Positions 49,455 to 60,282 of a DNA stretch of 64,000 nucleotides are shown here, piece after piece. Where the stretch lies: NCBI GenBank assembly GCA_018992685.1, contig JACVGT010000009.1, forward strand, positions 36,247-100,246. Direction: 5' to 3'. The translations under genes and the position numbers were made by a program. Within the stretch, counting starts at the first letter, position 1; the number at the start of each line of letters is the position of its first letter. The notes under the pieces are model-generated. The model saw nothing but the letters and a program-made list of their open reading frames with translations, had not been told where the DNA came from and searched no databases. The DNA is from Theionarchaea archaeon. Its GTDB lineage: Archaea > Methanobacteriota_B > Thermococci > Methanofastidiosales > SZ-28-30.

Positions 49455-52085
49455 ATGTGGCATACCAAAGAGCTGGAACAGGTCTTCACTGAGCTGGCCA
49501 CTGGTGACCAGGGGCTGACCGAGAACCTGGCTGATATGAGGCTGAAAGAGTCAGGCTACAATGAACTGAAAGAGCGGAAGGGAAGAGGAGTCTTAACAAT
49601 CTTTGTGGAGCAATTCAAAGACCTGTTCATTGGTGTGCTCATACTGGCGACCATCGTTTCATTTCTCCTGGGGGAGACAATAGATGCGTACGTCATTCTG
49701 ATCATTGTTTTCGTTAATGCTGTTATGGGACTGGCTCAGGAATACAAGGCTGAGAAGGCTATTGAACGTCTCAAAGAGCTATCTTCTCCTTCTGCTACCG
49801 TTTTGCGGGATAGGAACATTAGGGCCATCCCTGCAAGAGCAGTTGTCCCGGGAGACATTGTCATTCTGAAAGCAGGGGATTTCATTCCTGCAGATGGACG
49901 CGTATGTGAAGCCTCCTATCTCAAAGTGGACGAAGCGTCTCTCACCGGTGAAAGCATTCCTTCCACCAAGGTAACTGAGGTACTGCCTGATGCACCGTTA
50001 GCTGACAGGGAAAACATGGTGTACATGGGGACGGTGGTTACTGACGGGAGGGGAAAAGCTGTGGTGACAGCCACAGGAATGAACACAGAAATGGGAAAGA
50101 TTGCTGAAGAGATTCAGGCCATGAAACTGGAGAAGACACCGCTTCATGAGAAATTAGAGAGGTTTTCCAAATATCTGGCGGGAATAATTGGTGGGTTGTG
50201 TGTCATCATTTTCTTTCTGGGAATTCTCAGGGGAGTAGATACCTTCGAGATGTTTCTCACCGCAGTATCTCTGGCTGTGGCTGCCATCCCTGAAGGACTT
50301 CCTGCAATCGTCACTATTGTACTGGCTCTGGGTGTGCAACAGATGATCAGGAGGAATGCCCTGGTCCGGAGGCTGAAGGCCGTGGAGACCCTTGGGTCTG
50401 CTACCATTATCTGTTCAGATAAGACGGGTACAATCACACGAAATGAGATGATGGTTTCTCAGCTCTATAGCTCCCCCAGGTTGTACACGCTTTCAGGCCA
50501 GGGGTATTCCCAGGAAGGTTCCTTCTACCTGCATGCCGGCTCCAACGCTCAACCGCATCCTGAGGAGCCCGATACCCAACTCTTGCTTCTCTTGCGGATT
50601 GGGGCTTTGTGCAACGATTCGCGCATAACTGCAGAATCAGTCATAGGAGACCCCACAGAAGCTTCTCTGCTGGTGTCTGCTGCCAAGGCGGCGTTACACA
50701 AGGAAGAGTTGGACATCAAATACCCGCGGGTCAAGGAAATTCCTTTCAGCTCTGAACGAAAACTGATGACTACACTTCATAAGATTGACACCACCTATCA
50801 CGTATATACAAAGGGAGCTCCTGACGTGATTCTTGATCTGTGCACTCACGTTCTTGAAGGAGGTACTATCAAAGAATTGACCAAGGAGAAAAAGGATGAA
50901 ATCCTCTCTGTGTACCACGAGATGGCTTCACATGCTCTTCGCGCTCTGGCCATGGCATATAAGGACATTGAAACCCTCCCAGAAGATACTGGGTCTGTAG
51001 AACTGGACCTCATCTTTGTGGGCATTCAGGGAATGCGGGATGACCCTCGAGCAGAAGTGAAAGAGGCGATCTCTGTTTGCCGAAAAGCAGGTATTAAATC
51101 CATGATGATCACAGGAGACTATAAGACCACTGCTCTCGCAGTAGCAGCAGATGTGGGGATCACGGGTGGTGCTCTCACAGGACAGGAATTGGAGCAGATG
51201 ACTGATGAGCAATTGGCCGAGGACATTGATGGTATCGGGGTGGTGGCCAGAGTTTCACCAGAACACAAGACTCTCATTGTCAGTGCTTTGAAAGCCAAAG
51301 GTCATGTTGTGGCCATGACAGGTGATGGGGTTAATGATGCACCTTCTTTGAAGAAAGCGGACATCGGCATTGCCATGGGCATTACAGGGACTGATGTGGC
51401 GAAAGAAGCTGCAGATATGGTATTAATGGACGACAACTTTGCAAGTATTGTTAGTGCAGTGGAAGAGGGCAGACATATTTTTGACAATATCATAAAGTTC
51501 ATCTACTTTTTATTGTGCTGCAACGTTGGAGAGATTTTTGTGCTCTTTCTGGCAATTCTCCTGGGGCTGTCTCGACCGTTATTGCCCATTCAGATCCTGT
51601 GGATCAACCTGATTACTGACGGATTCCCCGCCCTCGCTCTGGGCTCTGAGCCCCCCGAAGAAGGAATCATGGATCGTCCTCCCCGAGACCCTCAGGAGAG
51701 CATTTTCGCTGGAGGACGGGGAGCGAGCATTGTGGAGATGGGGCTGGTGATGAGTGTTCTTGTGCTGGCTGGCTTCTACTTCGTTGGACAGGGAGATGCT
51801 CATGCCCGGACACTGGCCTTTTCTTCCCTGGTATTTGTGCAGTTGGCCCATGCATTTAATGCTCGTTCTGAGAAGAGATCGATCTTCAAGGTGGGTGTTT
51901 TCACCAATATGTGGCTTATAGGTGCTGTCATCGTTTCAGTTGTGCTGCAGCTTGCTGTGGTATATACTCCAGTCTTGCAGCCTGTATTTGGGACTTCACC
52001 CTTGCACCTCGAGGATTGGCTGATCATTCTGGGTCTTTCAGGAATTGTTGTGGTGGCAGGGGAGATCAAGAAGAAAGTCAATTGA
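49455..52085 (+). CDS. P-type IIA (Ca2+) ATPase
   Basis: TGES, PEGL, DKTGT, KGAP, TGDGVNDAP. Confidence 0.95.
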   Translation: MWHTKELEQVFTELATGDQGLTENLADMRLKESGYNELKERKGRGVLTIFVEQFKDLFIGVLILATIVSFLLGETIDAYVILIIVFVNAVMGLAQEYKAEKAIERLKELSSPSATVLRDRNIRAIPARAVVPGDIVILKAGDFIPADGRVCEASYLKVDEASLTGESIPSTKVTEVLPDAPLADRENMVYMGTVVTDGRGKAVVTATGMNTEMGKIAEEIQAMKLEKTPLHEKLERFSKYLAGIIGGLCVIIFFLGILRGVDTFEMFLTAVSLAVAAIPEGLPAIVTIVLALGVQQMIRRNALVRRLKAVETLGSATIICSDKTGTITRNEMMVSQLYSSPRLYTLSGQGYSQEGSFYLHAGSNAQPHPEEPDTQLLLLLRIGALCNDSRITAESVIGDPTEASLLVSAAKAALHKEELDIKYPRVKEIPFSSERKLMTTLHKIDTTYHVYTKGAPDVILDLCTHVLEGGTIKELTKEKKDEILSVYHEMASHALRALAMAYKDIETLPEDTGSVELDLIFVGIQGMRDDPRAEVKEAISVCRKAGIKSMMITGDYKTTALAVAADVGITGGALTGQELEQMTDEQLAEDIDGIGVVARVSPEHKTLIVSALKAKGHVVAMTGDGVNDAPSLKKADIGIAMGITGTDVAKEAADMVLMDDNFASIVSAVEEGRHIFDNIIKFIYFLLCCNVGEIFVLFLAILLGLSRPLLPIQILWINLITDGFPALALGSEPPEEGIMDRPPRDPQESIFAGGRGASIVEMGLVMSVLVLAGFYFVGQGDAHARTLAFSSLVFVQLAHAFNARSEKRSIFKVGVFTNMWLIGAVIVSVVLQLAVVYTPVLQPVFGTSPLHLEDWLIILGLSGIVVVAGEIKKKVN

Positions 52086-52247
52086 CCGTTCCAGACTGGG
52101 GTCCTGTGGTTTCAGAATTAAGACGGATGATGACCCTTGTTGAGCCCTGAGACCTCCTCTTACGGAGCTCTTCCATGTCGAAAACCCAGATGTCTCCTCT
52201 CTGAACCTTCCCCAAACCTTTTTAAAGAAACATTTGGACCTGAAACT

Positions 52248-53549
52248 ATGCCAGAAAAAGTAATCATCATGGGTGCTGCAGGAAGAGACTTTCATGATTT
52301 CAATGTCTACTTCAGGAATAACCCCCAGTACGAGGTGGTGGCCTTCACTGCAACTCAGATTCCTGATATAGAGGGAAGGCAATATCCCCCTGAACTTGCT
52401 GGATCTCAATATCCTGAAGGAATACCTATACTGCCGGAAAGTGAACTACCTGCGTTAATTAAAAAGCATGATATAGACACTGTCTTCCTCTCTTACAGTG
52501 ATCTTCCTCATGAATATGTTATGCACAAAGCCTCTGAAGTGCTGGCTGCAGGCGCCAATTTTGAGCTCCTGGGGCCAAAATTCATTCAGCTGAAGTCCAC
52601 TGTCCCTGTTATCTCTATTTGCGCAGTGAGGACAGGGTGTGGCAAGAGCCAGACCACGAGACGGGTGGCAGACATTCTGAGAAAAGCAGGAAAGAAAGTG
52701 GTGGCAGTGAGACACCCCATGCCATACGGCGATTTGAGAGAGCAGATTGTCCAGAGGTATGCTACCTATGAGGACATGGACAAGCACAAGTGCACCATAG
52801 AAGAACGAGAGGAATATGAACCTCACATTGACAGAGGCGTCATTCTGTATGCGGGAGTGGACTATGAGAAGATTTTGAGGGAAGCTGAGAAGGAAGCAGA
52901 TATAATTCTGTGGGACGGGGGAAACAACGATTTTTCCTTTTATAAGTCAGATTTGCACATTGTGGTGGCCGATCCTCACAGATCGGGACATGAGTCGTGC
53001 TACCATCCCGGAGAAGCCAACATCAGAATGGCTGACGTTGTGGTGATCAACAAGGTGGATACGGCGTATCCTGAAGATGTATTTTCCCTCAGGACAAATA
53101 TCAGGCAGCTGGCTCCCAGTGCAGTGATTGTGGAGGCTGCATCTCCCCTGCTTATCGATGCAGACATTGCTGGAAAAGACGTGCTGGTAGTGGAAGATGG
53201 TCCCACCCTGACACACGGAGGAATGCCCTACGGAGCTGGGACTATGGCAGCTGAAAAGCTTGGTGCAACCCTTATTGATCCCTATCCCTATGCAGTAGGT
53301 TCCATCAGGGATACATTCGACAAGTTTGAGCACCTGGGACCTGTACTGCCTGCCATGGGGTACGGAAAGAAGCAGATCAAGGAACTCGAAGAGACCATCA
53401 ATGCAGTTGAATGTGATGCAGTGATCATTGGTACCCCAATTGACCTGAGCAGGATAGTCAAGATCAACAAGCCAGCATACAGAGTGATCTACGAGTTGCA
53501 GGAAATCGGAAAGCCCACACTGGAGGATGTCCTCAAGAGATTCCTCTAG
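52248..53549 (+). CDS. cDPG-synthetase-like P-loop 'GTPase', probable arginine synthetase (ArcE-type)
   Basis: GAAGRDFHDFN, AVRTGCGKSQT, RHPMPYG, EEREEYE, DGGNND, EDGPTLTHGGM. Confidence 0.8.
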   Translation: MPEKVIIMGAAGRDFHDFNVYFRNNPQYEVVAFTATQIPDIEGRQYPPELAGSQYPEGIPILPESELPALIKKHDIDTVFLSYSDLPHEYVMHKASEVLAAGANFELLGPKFIQLKSTVPVISICAVRTGCGKSQTTRRVADILRKAGKKVVAVRHPMPYGDLREQIVQRYATYEDMDKHKCTIEEREEYEPHIDRGVILYAGVDYEKILREAEKEADIILWDGGNNDFSFYKSDLHIVVADPHRSGHESCYHPGEANIRMADVVVINKVDTAYPEDVFSLRTNIRQLAPSAVIVEAASPLLIDADIAGKDVLVVEDGPTLTHGGMPYGAGTMAAEKLGATLIDPYPYAVGSIRDTFDKFEHLGPVLPAMGYGKKQIKELEETINAVECDAVIIGTPIDLSRIVKINKPAYRVIYELQEIGKPTLEDVLKRFL

Positions 53550-53767
53550 TCTCTCTTTTTTGTTTTTTCTCTTATTCTTCTAATTCTTGTCCGATAAGTT
53601 CAGTGAGTTCACTGAGACCTTCTTGTGATTCTTGATAGGAACTGATTAATCGATAGGTCGAAACTCGGTGGATAATTCAGACATCCTCTAACGGAATCAG
53701 GACGTTCTTCCGGTGGGGGTGGCAAGAGTGCTCTCTGATGATCATGGTTTAAGTAGATGCATCCAGA

Positions 53768-54136
53768 GTGTCACGTGTGACGTTTTCGTACATCCTGGTC
53801 ATGGAACTCCTTCAGGATGCCACAGTGAGAGTGGGGAACCTGGGGAGCATTGACTTCAAGAAAGGGCTGTATTACTACGTGGGTTCTGCACCTTCAGAAA
53901 AACGGCTGGAGAGACACTTGAAAGAAGAGAAGAAGACACACTGGCACATTGACTATTTCTTGAAAGAAGCCAGAATCAGGGAGATATATGTCTCGGAGGA
54001 AAGAACAGAATGTGAGATAGCTCAGCACATGGAGTTGCCTTACATAAAAGGATTCGGCTGCAGCGACTGCAATTGCCCTTCTCACTTGTTCCAGGGGAAT
54101 CTGGTGATGACTCCCGACCTGAAGAAATACTACTGA
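53768..54136 (+). CDS. GIY-YIG/Uri endonuclease (DUF123)
   Basis: GLYYYVGSA, HWHIDY, GFGCSDCNCPSHL. Confidence 0.9.
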   Translation: MSRVTFSYILVMELLQDATVRVGNLGSIDFKKGLYYYVGSAPSEKRLERHLKEEKKTHWHIDYFLKEARIREIYVSEERTECEIAQHMELPYIKGFGCSDCNCPSHLFQGNLVMTPDLKKYY

Positions 54137-54215
54137 CTGTTTTCATCATCGCGAATTCAGGCAGTCAGCCAGGTTGAAATACATCAGGAGAGAAAAGAAT
54201 TTCTCAGTCCCGTGA

Positions 54216-57200
54216 TCACACGAGAACTGTTTCAGGTTCCAGAGTTTCTTTGTATTCTGCAATCTTCTCCAGTTCCACCGATACGATCTTGGAGATACTG
54301 TCCTTCATTGACACGCCGTAGAGAATATCTGCTGCTGCCATCATCACATCTCTCAGGGTGATTACAATGAACTGGGTATCCTCGGATGACTTCTTGATCA
54401 GTTCTGCCACTCTTGTTGCATTTTCATCGTCCAGGTGGGCATCAATTTCATCAAACACATAGAATGGTGCAGGTTTATACTGTTGAACGGCAAACACAAA
54501 CGCAAGGGCAGTCAGGGCCTTTTCCCCCCCAGACATGGCCTCGACCCGTTTCAGCTCCTTTCCCATAGGAGAGGCCTCGATCTCCAGCCCTCCATCAAAG
54601 GGTTCTTCGTCATTTTCCAGTATGAGAGAGCCAGAACCTCCCGGAGATAGTTCCGCGAAGATGCGGGAGAAATTTTCTGCCACATTGTAGAAAGCCTCAA
54701 AGAAGACAGTTTTCTTCTGAGATTCCACCTCTGCAATGAACTCCAGTACGGATTCTCTCTCCTTGTACAATTTGTCAATACGGGTCTTCAATTCAATATA
54801 CCGCAACTGTACTTCTTCAAATTCCTCCACAGCCCGCATGTTAATGGGCTCCAGCTTCTCTTTTTCTGTTTCCATTTGCTTTATTTTGAACCGCAGTTCC
54901 TTCAGGTCTCCATACTCTCCCTCTACAGGGTACTGGGCACTCAAATCTCTCAATTCCTCAATGGTAGCCCCGAGCTGTGTCTTCTGGCTTTCCAGCAGGT
55001 TGAGGGCAGATTCACATTCATACACTTTTTTCTGGAGAGTTTCCTTCTGTTGCCGCAACGCAGCTATCTCATCCCGTATCCGGGTCCTGTCACTACGCAA
55101 CTTTCTGATTTTTTCATCAAATGTCTGTTCATCATTTACTCGTTCTGCCAGTTCCACGTCAAGATCTTCTTTTTCTTTCTTCCTTGACGCAATGTTCTGT
55201 TCTTTTTCCTCAATCTGAGGTATCAGTTCCTGCACGGTCTTTTCTAGTCTTTCAATATCTTCTCCGAGATACTTCAACGTTGATTCTGCCTGTACCTTTT
55301 CTGATTCAGTTTCGCCCAGTTGACCTCGATTCAGTTCCAACTCTTTCTCGATGCGTTCCAGTTCATCCTGTCGCAATGGTCTGGCGATTTCCTCCTTTTC
55401 TTGTTCCAGAGAGGCCACTTCTGCTTCCAGGCTGTTCTTCTTTTCGCTTACAGTGGATAACTCCTCCTTCTTACTGGTAAGTTGGCGAATGACAGCATCA
55501 ACTCTCTCCCTCACACTCTTAATTTCTCTGTCCACAGTATTTTCTTCTTTTGTGAGTCGTTCTAATTCTTTCTGGAGAACAGGTACTTTTTCTTCCAGCT
55601 TGAGCTTCTCATCATACGTTTTCTGCAATTCGGGTTCTACGGTAGATAATTCTTCTGCTAAATCAGTACGCCTCTGCTTCAGTGCCTGTAATTCTTCCTG
55701 TAACTTCTTGAACTGGGTCTGATCCTGCGAAATAAGGAATGCACTGGAGTACTTCCTCTTGAAGTAGTGTCCTCCTGTTATGGCACCGCCCCTCTCAAAA
55801 ATGTCACCTTCCAGGGTGACAAACCGTTTTCCTCGGACATCAACGTCCAGGGTTTCTACCACAAGAGTATCAGAAAACACATCTTCAAACGCAGGTCTAA
55901 ACCGGGGATCGAAGGCTACCAGGTTGACTGCATAGTCGATCACTCCCTTTTCCTTGATGGGGGGGAGACTCCTACCCTGCATTCTGTCCAGGGGAAGGAA
56001 GGTGGCCCTTCCTGCTTTTATCTGTTTCAGGTAAGAGATACAGCGTTTTGCCGTGTCAGTGGTGTCCACCACAATATTGTGGATGCGAGATCCTGCAGCG
56101 ACTTCAAGGGCAACCTGGTATCGTGCATCAGTTTCACCCAGCTGGGAAATGGTTCCATAGACTCCCAGGAACTTGTGTTTCGCCTCAAGGATGGTGTTCA
56201 CTGCTTTATATGGAGAAGCTCTCTGGTCTTCCTTGAATGCCTGGAGTTTGGAGTGCAGCTTGATGGACTCAGACCGTTTGGCGAGGAATTCAGTATCAAT
56301 GTCAGATAGCTCGGATTTCAGTTCTTTTCTTTGTTGGGAACGGTTATTGTATGTAACGGCGGTCTGAGAGACACGCTCCTGGACTGTGGCAAAGGTGTCC
56401 TGAAGGTTCTGCAATTCCAGGGCTATTCCCTCCCTTTCCTGAGCAAGCGAGGCGCAGGTCCCCTCAAGCTCGGTCCTCGTGCTGGTCAGGGTCTGGATGG
56501 TGTTGACCAGAATGTCCTCTTGTGCCTCCAGCGAGAAGAAGGCATCTTTTTTCTCATCCAGTTCTTTCGATATTCTCTCAAGGTTTTCCAGGCCTGTCTC
56601 TGATAGTACTGACACGTGCTTCTGGTATTCTTCCTTGAGTTCTGATATTTTCTGGGCCAATTCCTTCTTCTTCTGTTTCAGGAGAGTTATCTTCTCTGAT
56701 TCTTTCTGAATCTGTGCAGCGTTTTCCCGTTGTGTCTTGAGATACGTGTCCTTCCTTGCCAGGAGCTGGGTTCTTTGTTCGTGAAGAAATCTCAGTCCTT
56801 CTTCAATAGTCCTCAGTTCCCCCCTGAGTCTTTCGATTTCTCTGGTAATGGAAACATGTTTTTCTTCTCCCAGTTTCTCAATCTCAGAATTAATCAGGTC
56901 AAAGTTCTCTTCCTTCTGGGAGATGGCCAGGACAACATTAGAAATCTTCTGCCTGCTTTCTGTTGCATCTTTCTTATTTCTTGTGATGGCCTCTTCTGTC
57001 TTCTTGAGGTTGTGTTGAGCTTCATGCAATTCTCCCTTGTACAGCCATCCTTTGCTCTTATACACTTCTTCTTTCAGGAACTGGTAACGAAGGGCGTCAC
57101 TTTTTTCTGCTTCTAACCTGGTCATCTGTTTTTCAACTTCATTCATGACCAGCTCGACGCGGGCGATATTTTCCTCAGCTTTCTCCAATTCTCTATCTCC

Positions 57201-57734
57201 CCTCTCTCTCCGTTCATTGTATTCAGCAATGCCAGAGATTTCTTCAATGACTCCCCTTCTTTCCCAGGAACTCATTTTGATAAACCGAGTAATGTCACCC
57301 TGCATGATAATATTGTGTCCTTCAGGGAAGATGCCGACCTGAGAGAGGACATCCAGAACGTAGGTACGGGTTTCTCTTTTCCTGTTTATTCTGTATACGC
57401 TTTTTCCCGTGGTGTCAACACTCCGGGAGATGATTACTTCTTTCCTTTCAAAGGGCAGTTCATCATGTGAATTGTCCAGGTACAAAGATACTTCTGCATA
57501 TCTGGCAGGGTTCATCGTCTTGGATCCGGCAAAGATGAGATCTGACAAAACAACTGCTCTCATGGATTTTGTGGATAATCGACCCAGGACGAAGGAGACA
57601 GCATCAATAATATTGGATTTTCCGCTGCCATTGGGACCTACTATGCAGGTGAAGTCTTTGGAAAGGGCGACAGACACTGTTCTGTTCCCATATGATTTGA
57701 AACCCTTGGTGGTGATCTTCTTGATGTAGACCAT
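54216..57734 (-). CDS. smc: Chromosome segregation protein SMC
   Basis: GFKSY, GPNGSGKSN, hinge GRATFLPL...GGAITGG, MSGGEK, FDEIDAHLD. Confidence 0.97.
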   Translation of the reverse strand: MVYIKKITTKGFKSYGNRTVSVALSKDFTCIVGPNGSGKSNIIDAVSFVLGRLSTKSMRAVVLSDLIFAGSKTMNPARYAEVSLYLDNSHDELPFERKEVIISRSVDTTGKSVYRINRKRETRTYVLDVLSQVGIFPEGHNIIMQGDITRFIKMSSWERRGVIEEISGIAEYNERRERGDRELEKAEENIARVELVMNEVEKQMTRLEAEKSDALRYQFLKEEVYKSKGWLYKGELHEAQHNLKKTEEAITRNKKDATESRQKISNVVLAISQKEENFDLINSEIEKLGEEKHVSITREIERLRGELRTIEEGLRFLHEQRTQLLARKDTYLKTQRENAAQIQKESEKITLLKQKKKELAQKISELKEEYQKHVSVLSETGLENLERISKELDEKKDAFFSLEAQEDILVNTIQTLTSTRTELEGTCASLAQEREGIALELQNLQDTFATVQERVSQTAVTYNNRSQQRKELKSELSDIDTEFLAKRSESIKLHSKLQAFKEDQRASPYKAVNTILEAKHKFLGVYGTISQLGETDARYQVALEVAAGSRIHNIVVDTTDTAKRCISYLKQIKAGRATFLPLDRMQGRSLPPIKEKGVIDYAVNLVAFDPRFRPAFEDVFSDTLVVETLDVDVRGKRFVTLEGDIFERGGAITGGHYFKRKYSSAFLISQDQTQFKKLQEELQALKQRRTDLAEELSTVEPELQKTYDEKLKLEEKVPVLQKELERLTKEENTVDREIKSVRERVDAVIRQLTSKKEELSTVSEKKNSLEAEVASLEQEKEEIARPLRQDELERIEKELELNRGQLGETESEKVQAESTLKYLGEDIERLEKTVQELIPQIEEKEQNIASRKKEKEDLDVELAERVNDEQTFDEKIRKLRSDRTRIRDEIAALRQQKETLQKKVYECESALNLLESQKTQLGATIEELRDLSAQYPVEGEYGDLKELRFKIKQMETEKEKLEPINMRAVEEFEEVQLRYIELKTRIDKLYKERESVLEFIAEVESQKKTVFFEAFYNVAENFSRIFAELSPGGSGSLILENDEEPFDGGLEIEASPMGKELKRVEAMSGGEKALTALAFVFAVQQYKPAPFYVFDEIDAHLDDENATRVAELIKKSSEDTQFIVITLRDVMMAAADILYGVSMKDSISKIVSVELEKIAEYKETLEPETVLV

Positions 57735-57870
57735 ATTCTTCTCCCTTTGATGTAAATTCATCCTTTCCATAAAAAGGTTTCGATTGCTGAAGCTGGCAAT
57801 TGCTGGCAGAAGCTGAAATATTGCTGCGGGAGGGCTCGCTCCCAGCAAACTCTCAGAGGCATGCCCACGA

Positions 57871-58233
57871 TCACCCTAACCTGGCCCCATTGGGAACGTG
57901 AGTCTCTGGGACAGCCAAAACGGGCCTGATCTTATCTTGATATCCAATATCAAGAAGCATGCCTTGAGACACTTCACCCATCATCTGCCTTGGTTTCAGA
58001 TTGATGATGAATAGCGCCTGTTTTCCTTCCACCTCACGGGGGTTCTCACGCTCCTGTTTGATTCCTGCCAGAATTGTTCGCGTGTGATCGCCAAAATCCA
58101 CTGTAAAGCGGACCAGTTGTTTTGACTTTGCGATATCCTCCACACGTTCAATAGTTCCAACACGAATATCAACCTTGTCAAAGATGTCAAGAGAGATTTC
58201 GGGCTTAACGGGAGCAGGTAAAATAGACTTCAT
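57871..58233 (-). CDS. tRNA-binding/CsaA OB-fold protein
   Basis: DIRVGTI, VDFG..RTILAG, NL.PR.M.GE.SQGM, VPNG. Confidence 0.88.
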   Translation of the reverse strand: MKSILPAPVKPEISLDIFDKVDIRVGTIERVEDIAKSKQLVRFTVDFGDHTRTILAGIKQERENPREVEGKQALFIINLKPRQMMGEVSQGMLLDIGYQDKIRPVLAVPETHVPNGARLG

Positions 58234-58477
58234 GGGGGGTAGTACGGTGGCGAACTTATGAACCTTTCCAGGAATCTGCGTTGGTGCATGGGGCACCTTT
58301 CAACGAGTCTCATGCACATCCACTGCCTCTGTCTTGTGACGGTTACAATCATTCCAGAAGAGGAAGAATTCCACACGTTACCATGTCCTCTTTTCGCACG
58401 ATGGTGAGTCAAGGTGGACAGTAATCAGTTTCAGTTATTACTCAAAAGCCTCAAAAAAAAAATCAAAAAAGAGCAGA

Positions 58478-58840
58478 TTACATTCCCATCATGACATTCA
58501 TGATGAGCTGGTTCATGGGAACCATTTCGTGGCCATTACCGACGACCACCATTTCCCACTTCTTGATGGCTTCCAATGGATCTGCTCTTCCAGTGAATAT
58601 TTGCATCAGCAAGTCAGACGGTGCCCTGAATATGATATCTGGAGAGGGATACTCACCTTCTTTCACCTTTGCCCCTTTTCCGGTAATGATGACGTAGTAG
58701 AATTTGCCGTCAGTCTCCACCTGCAGCACCTTCCCATCATAGGCACCAGCCCAATCAGCCATAATCTTGAGAGCATCCTCTTTCTTGTTCCCCTGTTGAA
58801 TCACCATCTGCAAGAACTTGTGCACGTCTTCAGCTGTCAT
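58478..58840 (-). CDS. SCP2 sterol/lipid-binding domain protein
   Basis: VKEGEYPSPDI...QIFTG..DP..A...V.G. Confidence 0.75.
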   Translation of the reverse strand: MTAEDVHKFLQMVIQQGNKKEDALKIMADWAGAYDGKVLQVETDGKFYYVIITGKGAKVKEGEYPSPDIIFRAPSDLLMQIFTGRADPLEAIKKWEMVVVGNGHEMVPMNQLIMNVMMGM

Positions 58841-59115
58841 CCTTTCTTCACCTCCTCTACCCATGCCTTGACTGCATTCAGTGCAGCATTATTCACGCTG
58901 GAAGCATGAGCATTGCCGAACTTCTTTTTTACTGCAGACAAGAAGTCCTGATACAGTTCGTGGTCCATCACCAGGTACACTCTGCCTTTTCTGTTTTCCA
59001 CCAGAGATTGAGCAAGGAATTCAGAATACTCAAAGAACTCATGTTCAATATCATCAAGTTTCAATCGGGGATACCCCAGCCACTCAGAACCAGGTGCCTT
59101 CCTGAATTTTGCCAT
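58837..59115 (-). CDS. Hypothetical protein (possible C-terminal RHH)
   Basis: 92 aa, AGGAGG RBS, coupled in operon. Confidence 0.65.
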   Translation of the reverse strand: MAKFRKAPGSEWLGYPRLKLDDIEHEFFEYSEFLAQSLVENRKGRVYLVMDHELYQDFLSAVKKKFGNAHASSVNNAALNAVKAWVEEVKKG

Positions 59116-59116
59116 A

Positions 59117-59353
59117 TTACTCCCTCCTTACTACTTCATCTTCTTTCAGCTTCAAGAATCCAGAGAGAAAGGGCCACTGAACTACGTATCGCATTCCCCT
59201 AGCACTTCTCCAGGTACCTGCATAAATAGCTCCGCCTGGATTGTTCACATACTGATCCAGTATATACCTGACAGCAGTTTCCAGAGGCAGATTAGCTCCT
59301 TCTGCAATTTCATCCAGTTTCTTTTCAACTTCAGGAGATACATTTACTTCCAT
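59117..59353 (-). CDS. Small RHH-like hypothetical protein
   Basis: MEVNVSPEVEKKLDEIA...AVRYIL; GAGGAGG RBS. Confidence 0.65.
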   Translation of the reverse strand: MEVNVSPEVEKKLDEIAEGANLPLETAVRYILDQYVNNPGGAIYAGTWRSARGMRYVVQWPFLSGFLKLKEDEVVRRE

Positions 59354-59355
59354 AG

Positions 59356-60048
59356 TTATTCCTCCTCTCTAAATGCCAACCGTGTGTAGGGATTTCCCCA
59401 TCGTTCACTGTAAAATACTGATTCCAGCGGGAATCGGGAGGGGCCCATCATCCGTGGCTTCTTGGGGACACCAACGGATAAGGTAGCTACCGGTATCCAC
59501 GTCCTGGGGACACCAATCCTCTCACAAATCAGTTCATTTCGCCTGGGCTCCATGATGGGAAAGGCCTGGAATCCGGCTCCATATCCAAGAGCATGGGCCG
59601 CATACCACATATTCAGTATGCCCATGGCTACCACGATGGATCCGAAGTACTCCAGCTCGTAAATCAAGGGAGAGTCATGGAACGTCTCACTCCCACATCC
59701 AATGATGACCGCATCTGCATCTTTGGGGTACAAGAACAGATCACCGGAGCGCATGTCCTCAAAGGTTCCCGGCCTGTTCCTGTCAGGCAAGTACCAGAGT
59801 CTGCCCTGCGTCAGTTCGTAGGCAGCAGATCCGAATACCTCGCTTGCTGCATTCTTAGAAATATCACTAATGAACTCCTTCAACTCCTGATCTTCTCTAA
59901 CGATCACATATCTCCACATCTGCATGTTTTCCGGGCTAGGGGCATACCGCGCTGCATCTAGAATCTTCTCTAAGTCCTCATCAGGGATTCTTTCCCCTGT
60001 AAAATCTCTGATACTTCTTCTTGTCCTGATTGCTTCAAATATGTCCAT
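59356..60048 (-). CDS. Nitroreductase family protein (extended)
   Basis: RRSIRDF, APSPENMQMWR, NMWYAAHALG. Confidence 0.9.
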   Translation of the reverse strand: MDIFEAIRTRRSIRDFTGERIPDEDLEKILDAARYAPSPENMQMWRYVIVREDQELKEFISDISKNAASEVFGSAAYELTQGRLWYLPDRNRPGTFEDMRSGDLFLYPKDADAVIIGCGSETFHDSPLIYELEYFGSIVVAMGILNMWYAAHALGYGAGFQAFPIMEPRRNELICERIGVPRTWIPVATLSVGVPKKPRMMGPSRFPLESVFYSERWGNPYTRLAFREEE

Positions 60049-60282
60049 CTTCGAAACCTCCTGAAACCTCAAGGGTTGCAAATTTAAAAAGCTTTTGGTG
60101 ATATGTTGACACGCCAGCAAATCCACAATTTGACACCGTATTTCGATGTAAGGTATCTTGCGGTTACATGATACGATCCTCCTGGAATGTGAGTTACGTT
60201 CTGAGCATGGAGTGAACCTGTACCATTGAGGGTTGTTACCCCTGCAGCTGTCCGCTTTCTGAATTATCCACCGTAAATCGAA

